Shown: piece after piece, positions 19,863 to 27,687 of the stretch
Numbering within the stretch: position 1 is the stretch's first letter
Layout: the number at the start of each line of letters is the position of its first letter
Assembly: GCA_028717305.1 (NCBI GenBank)
Contig: JAQUOC010000001.1
Coordinates: forward strand, 1 to 42,560
DNA from: Dehalococcoidales bacterium
GTDB taxonomy: Bacteria > Chloroflexota > Dehalococcoidia > Dehalococcoidales > UBA5760
DNA: 42,560 bases
Direction of reading: 5' to 3'
Program-made: the position numbers and the translations under genes
The notes under the pieces: model-generated
The model's input: only the letters and a program-made list of their open reading frames with translations
What the model was told of the DNA's origin: nothing
The model's database searches: none

Positions 19863-20156
19863 CTACTCGGTGGCCATTACCTGGTAGACGGCAACCTTCG
19901 GGTTTTCCAGGAGGAGTGGTTCAACTCGTTCTTCCAGCTTGAGTCGTGGCTCTGATGTTTCCCATGCCTTCCAGTCCTCCAGGCTTTGCCACATACTCAG
20001 TACCGAGATGATGGAGGCATCGTCAATACTGGACAGGGTTTCGCCGCTGACATAGCCTCGCTGATGGATAGCCGCTGTGCTCAGTTCCTTCAGCAGGTGG
20101 ATGAATTCCCCTCGCTTACCTGCTTTCAGGTGCCGCTCGATAACAACCTTTATCAT
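19863..20156 (-). CDS. antibiotic-biosynthesis-monooxygenase (ABM) domain protein
   Basis: 97 aa with a ferredoxin-like ABM pattern (IKVVIERHLKAGKRGEF...SMWQSLEDWKAW). Confidence 0.55.
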   Translation of the reverse strand: MIKVVIERHLKAGKRGEFIHLLKELSTAAIHQRGYVSGETLSSIDDASIISVLSMWQSLEDWKAWETSEPRLKLEERVEPLLLENPKVAVYQVMATE

Positions 20157-20233
20157 AGCCTTATACCTCCTTCCCGATATTTGTTGACCATCTCCAGTGG
20201 CATTATAGTCCCGCTCCGATATGCTATCAAGCC

Positions 20234-21478
20234 CTATTCTTGTTCCGCTTTCTGCTCTTGGATAATCCTGTTACCGTATTCGAGCAGAACCCGGGTCCGT
20301 TCCGGGGTTACCTTCTTTGATTCCAGATAGGTTTTCAGGGCATCGATGGGAGTTATCTCTTCGGCTGTCTGTGTTCCCAGTCTCAGTCGTGTCTCTCGCT
20401 TGGTGTCCCGGACGATGCTGAAGTGGTGAGCCTCTTTGAGGGCGTTTCTGATTTCGTTGTCTTTGAGCTGTCCCTCAATCTCTGCGGGGAGGCTGATGTT
20501 CACCCGTACGATGGCGTCTCTGACCTCCTCTTGCTGCTCCATAATACCCTTGAGCACGGCTGCGGTAGGGTCAGCATTGTCCGCTTCAAGGTTGAGGTCA
20601 ATGGTGAGGAATCGGCGTGCCTTTACCGGCTGAAAGGCAAAGGAGGTCTTTCTCTCACCGGTCGCTCCGTCCGGTTCGATTTCCACGACGTAGAAGCCCT
20701 TATCGTCGGTCTCCTCGCTGAAGTTGAGCCGCTCCAGGCTGCCGGCGTAGACGACAGGCGGGTTTTCCGAGAGGACCTGGTGCTTGTGAATATGACCCAG
20801 GGCGATATAGTCAAAGGCGGGCTGGGCGATATTACTGAGCAGCAGGGTATGCTCCTGTCCGATGGTCATTGTGGCCTCCGAGCCTACCTTTGCTCCGCAG
20901 ACCCAGACGTGGGCGGCCAGGACTGCCGGTAGCTTCGGGTCCAGCTTGGTGACGTTGGTGGTAACGATGTTGGTCAGCACCTGCTGCAGTCTTTCATTAA
21001 TCCGGGCAAAGTCAAGGTCTTTAGTTTCTTCCTTGCTGAGCAAGGCGCTTCGCCTCAACCAGGGCAGGGAAACTATCTGGATAGTGCCGCTTGGGGTTGG
21101 AATTCGGTAGATATCGGGACGATTGGAGACGTAGACCTTTTCCACGGCCAGGGTATCGAAGATCTCAATAGCGGTAGCCCGGCCGATAGCGTTGGACATA
21201 TCATGGTTACCGGCGAGGAGAAAGATGGGGATGCCGCCGGTGGTTAGGCGGTTGATCCTTCTGGCAAACTCCCGTTGCTGGGTCTGGCCCGGCTCGCGGC
21301 TCTTGTAGGCATCACCACAGAAGAGCACAAGGTCTACCCCGCTCTCTAGGGCATAGTCTACCACCCGGTCAAGAGCGGCCAGAAAGTCCTCCAGCCTGGT
21401 CGAAAGGCCGCTGGCCGGGTTGATGTTCCCGTAGGTTTCCACTCCGAGGTGCAGATCGGCGAAGTGGACGATCTTCAA
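20234..21478 (-). CDS. sbcD: Mre11/SbcD-type nuclease (calcineurin-like metallophosphoesterase)
   Basis: MKIVHFADLHLG..., GDAYKS, LAGNHD, GHIH motifs. TTG start 7 nt after GAGGAGG. No sbcC-like ATPase gene is adjacent. Confidence 0.8.
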   Translation of the reverse strand: MKIVHFADLHLGVETYGNINPASGLSTRLEDFLAALDRVVDYALESGVDLVLFCGDAYKSREPGQTQQREFARRINRLTTGGIPIFLLAGNHDMSNAIGRATAIEIFDTLAVEKVYVSNRPDIYRIPTPSGTIQIVSLPWLRRSALLSKEETKDLDFARINERLQQVLTNIVTTNVTKLDPKLPAVLAAHVWVCGAKVGSEATMTIGQEHTLLLSNIAQPAFDYIALGHIHKHQVLSENPPVVYAGSLERLNFSEETDDKGFYVVEIEPDGATGERKTSFAFQPVKARRFLTIDLNLEADNADPTAAVLKGIMEQQEEVRDAIVRVNISLPAEIEGQLKDNEIRNALKEAHHFSIVRDTKRETRLRLGTQTAEEITPIDALKTYLESKKVTPERTRVLLEYGNRIIQEQKAEQE

Positions 21479-21676
21479 CCTTGCCTCCTCAGGTTCTTCT
21501 TTCCTTCAAGGGGAAGTATTTCTTCGATAAACAATAAGCTTTGGGGAGATAATACGCCGATTTCTGCTCTGTCAGAGAATATTACCACCCTCACCTGAAG
21601 CTTATCAAGAAGTTCACGCTTTTCTAACCATCCGGGGATTATACGTTATGACGTTTTGGGTGAACGGTTATCATTG

Positions 21677-21701
21677 TTACACAAAGATGACAATTGTGTA
21701 A
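21677..21701. repeat. 8-9-8 inverted repeat TTACACAA-agatgacaa-TTGTGTAA; contains copy 1 of an 18-nt direct repeat
   Basis: ACAAAGATGACAATTGTG at 21681-21698 recurs identically at 27486-27503. Confidence 0.8.
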
Positions 21702-21948
21702 TTATCTATTAAGGCCTTTATACAGTTCGTAACACATCCTAACGTCTAGAGAAATTTTGGAATTTTCAACGTGCCGTGTGTTATAGAAAGTCTAATACGT
21801 AGACGCAGAAATACTTGCTTATTGGAAATGTATTGTATCAATCACCGTGATTCTAAGAATCCGCCTAGATCATGTAGCATTCACATTATATGCTTAGAAT
21901 CCGGTTAGTTTCACATTTTAACGCTTGGAACAGCATACATAAGCTAAG

Positions 21949-22482
21949 TTACTTTGAAGGTTCACAAACGTATTCCTCAATCAGTGTCCAAGAACCACCA
22001 TTGATTAAGCTTTCATTAATCAATTTCACAGAATGCGGGTCTGTTATATCCCAAATCATTCGCAGTTGGGCTGCAATCCTATCAGGATTAGTATACGCTT
22101 CTGATGTTTGAATAAATTTATCACCTATGATCTCGCCGTTTAAAACAGCACTACCACCACGACTATCGGCTGCGAAAGCACGATAACGCTTGGTGAAAAA
22201 ATCTCAGCCAGCTACATAGTGGCATTTCCAAGTTATAACTTTTTTATCACCAATGAATTGATCTTGCTCAAAATTACCAATTACCCATAGATCATTTATA
22301 GCCCATTCAAAAGTGCCCTTGCCTTTGGCTAACATCTCTGGTGATCCAGGTCCTATTCATTTTCTTTCACCTTTCCTGTCCAAGTACAGTTAACATGGAA
22401 ATGTTTTGGTGCCTCTGTTTCTTGTCCAAGGCGGGTGATTTGTGGCTTCCAAAGTTTTTTCCACAGAAGTTGTACCTCCTCT
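21949..22482 (-). pseudogene. decayed DUF1579-like gene (in-frame TGA plus at least one frameshift)
   Basis: My reverse-strand translation gives GPGSPEMLAKGKGTFEWAINDLWVIGNFEQDQFIGDKKVITWKCHYVAG*DFFTKRYRAFAADSRGGSAVLNGEIIGDKFIQTSEAYTNPDRIAAQLRMIWDITDPHSVKLINESLINGGSWTLIEEYVCEPSK. The stop (22204-22206) falls where the family normally has an aromatic residue in G(W/Y)D. The N-terminal part is in another frame upstream of ~22355, and GAGGAGG lies at ~22475-22482. Confidence 0.5.
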
Positions 22483-22721
22483 AGTTAAATTAACCAGCAT
22501 TATAAAATATTGACTAACTCAGATAGTCGCACTTCTCGGAGATGTTTCACCTTGTCCATCGAGTAACGAAAGGAGAAGCAGTACTGGAAGCCACGATAAG
22601 GAATATCCTGTCAAAGTTTGACTATGCTATATACGGACCGCTATGAACAACCGGGAGAGGCCTCTCACGAGAGCTACTCTAGTTCAGTTATTTTTCTCAT
22701 ACTGATAGTGAGGTATGCCCG

Positions 22722-23591
22722 TTAGTTCTTCCCGATTCCAGTAGGTGTATTTCCGAAATATACTTTAGTATGTGGCCAGGGAATCTCAATCCCTTCCTGA
22801 TCAAACCTGTCTTTGAGCTTCTTACGTAGCTCCCCCATCAAACCCCACTGTTTTATTGGTTTTGTATCAGCCAGGATTTTGATTTCGATACCACTATCCC
22901 CTAAATTATCCACCCTCTCGGCATGAGGAGCTGTTAGTAGATCTTGTCCGAATACCGGATCTTCCTTCATTTCCTTGCCTACTTCGTTGATGACACTGAA
23001 CACCTTGCTTAAGTTTTCATTATAGGAAACGCTTATATTGAGATTTACTCTTGACCAATCCCTGGTCATATTGCTTGCCAACTCGATTTTGCCGTTTGGA
23101 ATTACATGCATTGTGCCATTGAGATCTCGGAGTATAGTGCGTCGTAGACTTATGTTCTCAACAAGACCACCGATACCGGCGACGTTAGCCACTTCCCCAA
23201 TCCTGTACCAATCCTCCATTATAATAAAGAAACCATGCAAATAATCCCGGATTATGTTTTGTGCCGCAAGTCCGATTGCGAGACTAGCCACTCCTACTGT
23301 AGCTAGTATGGGGGTTATGTTGACTCCTACTACACTCAAAATCATAATACCGGCAATAATCCATATTATTACCGTGGCAAACTGAACAATAACCTGAGAT
23401 AATGTTTTGGAACGAGAAGCAAGTTGGTCTGGCGACTCTTCACGGATCTTAGGAATTCGCGTACAAATAATTTTCGGGACAAGTTTCTTAATAGCCAGCA
23501 TGATTATTAGCGCGATTACAGCGATTATCCCCGCTTTTATAGCTCCAGCAACAAATGGGGTGAAGTTTGAGGTGAAATCTAAATTGATCAT
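22722..23591 (-). CDS. MscS-family mechanosensitive ion channel
   Basis: N-terminal TM helices followed by the MscS beta-domain block (YRIGEVANVAGIGGLVENISLRRTILRDLNGTMHVIPNG). Start trimmed to the ATG at 23591, 6 nt after GGAGG. Confidence 0.8.
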   Translation of the reverse strand: MINLDFTSNFTPFVAGAIKAGIIAVIALIIMLAIKKLVPKIICTRIPKIREESPDQLASRSKTLSQVIVQFATVIIWIIAGIMILSVVGVNITPILATVGVASLAIGLAAQNIIRDYLHGFFIIMEDWYRIGEVANVAGIGGLVENISLRRTILRDLNGTMHVIPNGKIELASNMTRDWSRVNLNISVSYNENLSKVFSVINEVGKEMKEDPVFGQDLLTAPHAERVDNLGDSGIEIKILADTKPIKQWGLMGELRKKLKDRFDQEGIEIPWPHTKVYFGNTPTGIGKN

Positions 23592-23786
23592 CAAAAACCT
23601 CCATGTACGCTTTGCTTTCAGGTTCATGCCGTAGGGATGCTGCTTCAAGAAGAACAACGTTTATGCAATCCTGAAAAGTATGTTCCCCACACTTTCCAGG
23701 GTCGTGTTCAGTTTGTCGGATTTAGTAAGTTACCGGGTATATATAATCATTCCCGGAATATACCATAGTGAGAAGTGAGAACGATT

Positions 23787-23992
23787 ATGATTACGATAAG
23801 CAGGGTAACTCTGTTGGTCCAGCTTGAAATAATCTGGTGCAACTGAACGAATCCAACATCAAATCGGCTATTGAAATACTAGCGCAGGTATTCCAGAATT
23901 ATCCGCTGCTCCAGTACACTGTACCTAACGAATCTAAGGTGGTGCTTATTGATTACCATGGTTTATTTCTCGGAATAGATGATTGCTCGTGA
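23787..23992 (+). pseudogene. possible N-terminal fragment of an acetyltransferase-like gene (frameshifted, truncated)
   Basis: MITISRVTLLVQLEIIWCN* switches frame near 23837 to VQLNESNIKSAIEILAQVFQNYPLLQYTVPNESKVVLIDYHGLFLGIDDCS*. The resemblance to GNAT N-termini is weak. Confidence 0.25.
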
Positions 23993-24111
23993 ACAAATAA
24001 TCTGTCCGATACTCCTGACATTGTGCTGAAGCTTCAGTCATAAATTACCATCCGTTGCTGTGAAGCTACCTTACGATTAAACCTTATTAGCTTGAGTCTC
24101 TCCTGAATTAG

Positions 24112-24405
24112 CTAATCATTGCTGTCATTTCCCTTTTCTTTGCTAACAACCAATTCCGGCCCATCAGCAGTATCTTGAACATCGAGAGTAACCCCATCAA
24201 GCACAGGATTTAGCTCTGATGCTACCAGCAATACCCTGGTTCCTTCATGTTCCACCACGTGGTCATTTTCTAGCTCATTTCCCAGCTTAAGCCCGAGTTG
24301 GCCACCTGGCCCCATCGATAGCCTCAGGCTGATCTCTGGATCGTCACTATGAAGCTGTAGGGTGTTTTTCAGCAATTGCTTGGCACTTTCAGTTACAACT
24401 AACAT
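24112..24405 (-). CDS. small IscA/HesB-fold-like protein lacking all Cys ligands (paralogue A)
   Basis: 97 aa with AGGAGG before the ATG. It aligns by eye to IscA (VVTESAKQLLKNTL / SLRLSMGPGGQLGLKLGNELENDHVVEHEGTRVLLVASELNPVLDGVTLDV) but contains no cysteine. It is a paralogue of 26168-26434. Confidence 0.55.
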   Translation of the reverse strand: MLVVTESAKQLLKNTLQLHSDDPEISLRLSMGPGGQLGLKLGNELENDHVVEHEGTRVLLVASELNPVLDGVTLDVQDTADGPELVVSKEKGNDSND

Positions 24406-24566
24406 TTATACCTCCTTTTGCTTTTATGAAACGTTGGTTAAATTATTCCTTAGAAGTATGATAGGGTCACGACTGCATATGGGCTATGGCCGGCCCTGTG
24501 GTACTCGACTGCTATAACGATAATATTATAGGCTCGTAATCGCTGGTGAATATCCAGTGATGATTT

Positions 24567-24782
24567 TTACGTCTCTTGATCTACGTCGACATTAACGTTG
24601 ACCTTAGTATCAGTTACCTTGATAATATCTTTCGGTGATAAGAAGAGAGCATCTACAGCGCTGTTTCTATGAATAACAATTTTTCTTGGTTCTCCAGTAT
24701 AGACGTCATTTATGACCTGACTGACTGTGCCTAGAACACGGCCATTGTTGCCTATTACCTCAGCCCCACATTGTATCTCCAT
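24567..24782 (-). CDS. small PRC-barrel/DUF2171-like protein (paralogue A)
   Basis: 71 aa, MEIQCGAEVIGNNGRVLGTVSQVINDVYTGEPRKIVI... This matches the PRC-barrel pattern (short beta strands, xG-x-V-x-D/N-G-x-x-G-x-V). It is a paralogue of 25921-26127. Confidence 0.5.
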   Translation of the reverse strand: MEIQCGAEVIGNNGRVLGTVSQVINDVYTGEPRKIVIHRNSAVDALFLSPKDIIKVTDTKVNVNVDVDQET

Positions 24783-25088
24783 TCCTACGTTTACCTTCCT
24801 AAGAAAGATTATATTAGCCTCAGATCTTATAATAGAATTCTAACTTACCCCGACGTGGTAGTCATTCTACACTCGAGTTATTTAGTTGGAGAAAAAGGGT
24901 TATGTTGTGCTAACCATTTTGGCTGTTGTTCGCTTAATACCTGTTGTCAATGGAATATGAAATGCTTATAGCCATGTTATCGCAGCTTGATTTCTCAGGC
25001 GGGCTGGGTTCCGCAAATAGCCATTAGAATGTTGTTACTGTTATAATTACGGTTGGATTGTTTAACTAATATAGGACGAAGGCAGAAG

Positions 25089-25766
25089 ATGACCGAAACA
25101 GATAAGATTAGTATTCTTTTGATTGATGACAAAGAGGTCTTTCGTGAAGGTTTGGCGAGAATTCTGGATGAGCAGGGTGATATTGAGGTTGTCTATCAGT
25201 GCTCAAGCCTGGGCTCACTCGATAGAATTCAGGTTACAAAACCTCAGTTGGTCTTGCTAAGCAGCACGCTCTCAGATCCTGATTGTAATGAACTGGCTGA
25301 AAAAATTATCGAACTTGTTCCTGATATAAAGATCGCAATACTGGGTGCTTCCGAGTCTGGAGACGGTCTTTATGATGCTATGGAAGCAGGTGCCAGTGGA
25401 TACCTTATGAAGGACATGAAACTAGATGACCTACTTAAGTCCATTAGCTTGGTGGCCAAAGGAGAGGTGGTTGTCTCGGCGCCATTAGCAAAAAAACTCA
25501 TAGACGAGTTCGGTGACCTTAGGAGTAGTAGTAAGTCTGGTTATGAAGAGAATCTTTCCGAGAGAGAGTTAGAGATATTAAAACTACTGGGTAAAGGGAT
25601 CACAAATAGGGAGATAGCCGAAACACTTTTTATTACAGAAAATACGGCGAAGGTGCATGTGAAGAATATTCTGGATAAGTTGCGGCTGCGTAACCGTCAG
25701 CAAGCAGCAGCCTATGCTGTGCAACAGGGCTTGATTTCCGATATAAGAGGCTCGGCAGAGGTCTAA
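25089..25766 (+). CDS. NarL/FixJ (LuxR-HTH) family response regulator with non-canonical receiver
   Basis: Receiver domain (ISILLIDDKEVFREGL...GYLMKD) plus a C-terminal LuxR HTH (LSERELEILKLLGKGITNREIAETLFITENTAKVHVKNILDKL). The position that aligns with the phospho-acceptor Asp is Ser (LVLLSS, codon 25260-25262). Confidence 0.85.
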   Translation: MTETDKISILLIDDKEVFREGLARILDEQGDIEVVYQCSSLGSLDRIQVTKPQLVLLSSTLSDPDCNELAEKIIELVPDIKIAILGASESGDGLYDAMEAGASGYLMKDMKLDDLLKSISLVAKGEVVVSAPLAKKLIDEFGDLRSSSKSGYEENLSERELEILKLLGKGITNREIAETLFITENTAKVHVKNILDKLRLRNRQQAAAYAVQQGLISDIRGSAEV

Positions 25767-25805
25767 CAAGAACGATCAAACTACACAATCTCGCTCAAAT
25801 TACCA

Positions 25806-25838
25806 AAAGGGCTATCGTAAGATAGCCCTTTTTCTCTT
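25806..25838 (+). terminator. rho-independent terminator after the response regulator gene
   Basis: AAAGGGCTATC-gtaa-GATAGCCCTTT followed by TTCTCTT. Confidence 0.75.
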
Positions 25839-25920
25839 ATAGAATACTTCTGATTTAGCATGTTTCTTTAAATTAGGTGATTCTATAATAAATGTGGATT
25901 TATTACAAGGAGGTGCTCAC

Positions 25921-26127
25921 ATGCATATAGAGTGTGGTAATAAGGCAGTCGATAAGAATAATAGATTTGTAGGTAAGGTTGAAAAAGTAATATTGAATTT
26001 GCTTACCGGTGAAATTGCATACTTCTTTGTTAGGGATGAGAATGCGCAACGGAACGTTCTCTACAGACCTGAAGATGTCGCGAAGTTGTCATCGGGAAAA
26101 GTAAAACTCAAATTTTCGGCTAGTTAG
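25921..26127 (+). CDS. small PRC-barrel/DUF2171-like protein (paralogue B)
   Basis: MHIECGNKAVDKNNRFVGKVEKVILNLLTGEIAYFFV... AGGAGG lies 8 nt before the ATG at 25921; the track GTG at 25894 was trimmed. Confidence 0.5.
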   Translation: MHIECGNKAVDKNNRFVGKVEKVILNLLTGEIAYFFVRDENAQRNVLYRPEDVAKLSSGKVKLKFSAS

Positions 26128-26167
26128 GCTCATAAACGGCAAAACAGATTTGGGAGGAAAAGGTATC

Positions 26168-26434
26168 GTGATCGAAGTAACTGATAAGGCCAGGGCACTC
26201 TTGGAGGATGTGTTGGCCAGGAGCGTAAGTGACCCGGAACTAACCCTGAGGATGGTCGCTCAGGGTGATGGCAAATTGAGACTGGTGCCGGACAGGAGCA
26301 GGAATTCTGATCAAGTGGTCGTAAAGGATGGTAGGGTAATACTACTGGTAGGGCAGGAACTTGCTCCTATACTGGACCGTTTGACCCTCGATGTAAAGGA
26401 AACGGAAAATGGATCAAAATTTTCCATGACATAA
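26168..26434 (+). CDS. small IscA/HesB-fold-like protein lacking Cys ligands (paralogue B)
   Basis: (M)IEVTDKARALLEDVL...LTLRMVAQGDGKLRLVPDRSRNSDQVVVKDGRVILLVGQELAPILDRLTLDV. I chose the GTG at 26168, 10 nt after GGGAGG, by analogy with paralogue A. The TTG at 26150 is possible. Confidence 0.5.
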   Translation: MIEVTDKARALLEDVLARSVSDPELTLRMVAQGDGKLRLVPDRSRNSDQVVVKDGRVILLVGQELAPILDRLTLDVKETENGSKFSMT

Positions 26435-26543
26435 TTTATTCTCAGATAAAAACTATCTTGAATACTATAGGTGCACAAAGCAATAAGCTCAGGGAGCTAA
26501 GATATTTTTGGGGGAGAGTTGGTAATGTTAAACATTACGAGTT

Positions 26544-27332
26544 CTATGATATATTCTCTTGTTTTAAAAAATCAACCGGCACGTCAGCATTTTTCCGACA
26601 GATAATAGTGAAGTAGTAAAGGGGATTCCCCTCAATTGATAAGCGATGTCTATAGCGCTCCAAATGATTGATTTTCAAGAACTCAAAGAATATTAACTCT
26701 CTGATAAGTTTAGAGAAGCCAGTTATATCCGTATTATAAAAAAAAGTTTCCTTTATGTTGAATGCCACCCATCCTTCATTATCGATTAAATTAAGTGCCT
26801 GAACAAAAGCTTTGGTGGGGATATCTCCAAAACCTAGAGCGGCAACAGTTACTAATGCGTTGAGATTCCAGGACTTAATCTCTTCTATGTCATTGCCGCC
26901 TAAATTAGTAAAATCTTTAACGTAGTACTGATCATATATACCAGGCCGATCTCTTTCCGCTGCATTTTTTGCCTCTTCCAGAATATCCACGCCAATAAGT
27001 CGAGCAACCCCGATTTTCTTTAGTTCTTCCCCCATCATCCCATTTCCGGCTCCAAAGTCGAGGACTTTCATTGTAGAGAAGTAATCGTTATTAATCTCGA
27101 TAGTGTATTTCAATGCGTTCGCGACTTTCTGGGGAGAGCAGCATTTCAGCCTGTCATAATAAAGCTGTTCATAAAGTCCCGGGTTATCATAAATCTTGCC
27201 GTAATCGTGGAACATTATTTTTTCTACATTATCCTCTGTTTTCAAGTAAAAAAAGGCTTCATCCTGATTCAAATCACTGGTATCAATTCTAGGAAATTGG
27301 ATGTTATGTTTATCCACAGTTCCCCCTTTCAT
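26544..27332 (-). CDS. class I SAM-dependent methyltransferase
   Basis: Motif I VLDFGAGNGMMGEEL, followed by an acidic post-I residue (GVDILEEA). Confidence 0.75.
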   Translation of the reverse strand: MKGGTVDKHNIQFPRIDTSDLNQDEAFFYLKTEDNVEKIMFHDYGKIYDNPGLYEQLYYDRLKCCSPQKVANALKYTIEINNDYFSTMKVLDFGAGNGMMGEELKKIGVARLIGVDILEEAKNAAERDRPGIYDQYYVKDFTNLGGNDIEEIKSWNLNALVTVAALGFGDIPTKAFVQALNLIDNEGWVAFNIKETFFYNTDITGFSKLIRELIFFEFLKINHLERYRHRLSIEGNPLYYFTIICRKNADVPVDFLKQENIS

Positions 27333-27485
27333 TATTCGATTTTAGCCCTATTTTGGGACATATTTCTGCATTATACGAATCCGAGCTTAACTTAATGGCT
27401 ATGGCTATTATATCACTGATTCATACAATGAACACTCGCTTAGATTGTGCCAAAGGTCTCTTGGGATACCTGAATTGATCGTTAG

Positions 27486-27503
27486 ACAAAGATGACAATT
27501 GTG
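27486..27503. repeat. copy 2 of the 18-nt direct repeat ACAAAGATGACAATTGTG
   Basis: Identical to 21681-21698. Flanking similarity extends 5' (tgatcGTTAg versus tcattGTTAc). Confidence 0.8.
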
Positions 27504-27687
27504 CAGCTACCCGGACAAAACCAGTCTTGAGCACAAAGCTCGGCATTCAGTTGTAGGTACGATGATTTGATAGGCTTATGGCAGGATGTTAGACTACTAA
27601 GGTAAGGATTATAGGGTACTTTTCCCTGAATTTGGTGACTATTTCCCCATCTGCATTATTGAAAGAGGATGATAAAGCAGCAATGGT

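Noticed and set aside
20234-21478. SbcD-like nuclease as part of a phage-defence system
   Set aside because: No partner genes (SMC/ATPase, helicase, methylase) are adjacent. The motifs and length fit ordinary SbcD.
21890-22111. 73-aa plus-strand ORF
   Set aside because: It is antisense to the DUF1579-like remnant and shows no family resemblance.
22204-22206. In-frame TGA in the DUF1579-like gene as possible recoding (Sec/Trp)
   Set aside because: TGA is used as an ordinary stop elsewhere (for example 31358-31360 and 35090-35092). The same gene also has a frameshift, so pseudogenisation is the simpler explanation.
22655-22666. GAGAGGCCTCTC palindrome downstream of the MscS gene as a terminator
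   Set aside because: Its stem is very short once a loop is allowed, and no U-tract follows on the transcribed strand.
24771-24971. 66-aa ORF ending in a striking Cys-rich tail (GLCCANHFGCCSLNTCCQWNMKCL), considered as a possible RiPP-like precursor
   Set aside because: The only start is a TTG overlapping the PRC A start on the opposite strand. There is no Shine-Dalgarno sequence and no internal ATG in frame before the tail. The CC doublets arise from three TGTTGT DNA motifs (24903, 24924, 24942) in a divergent promoter region. It is worth a proteomics check but cannot be supported as a gene.
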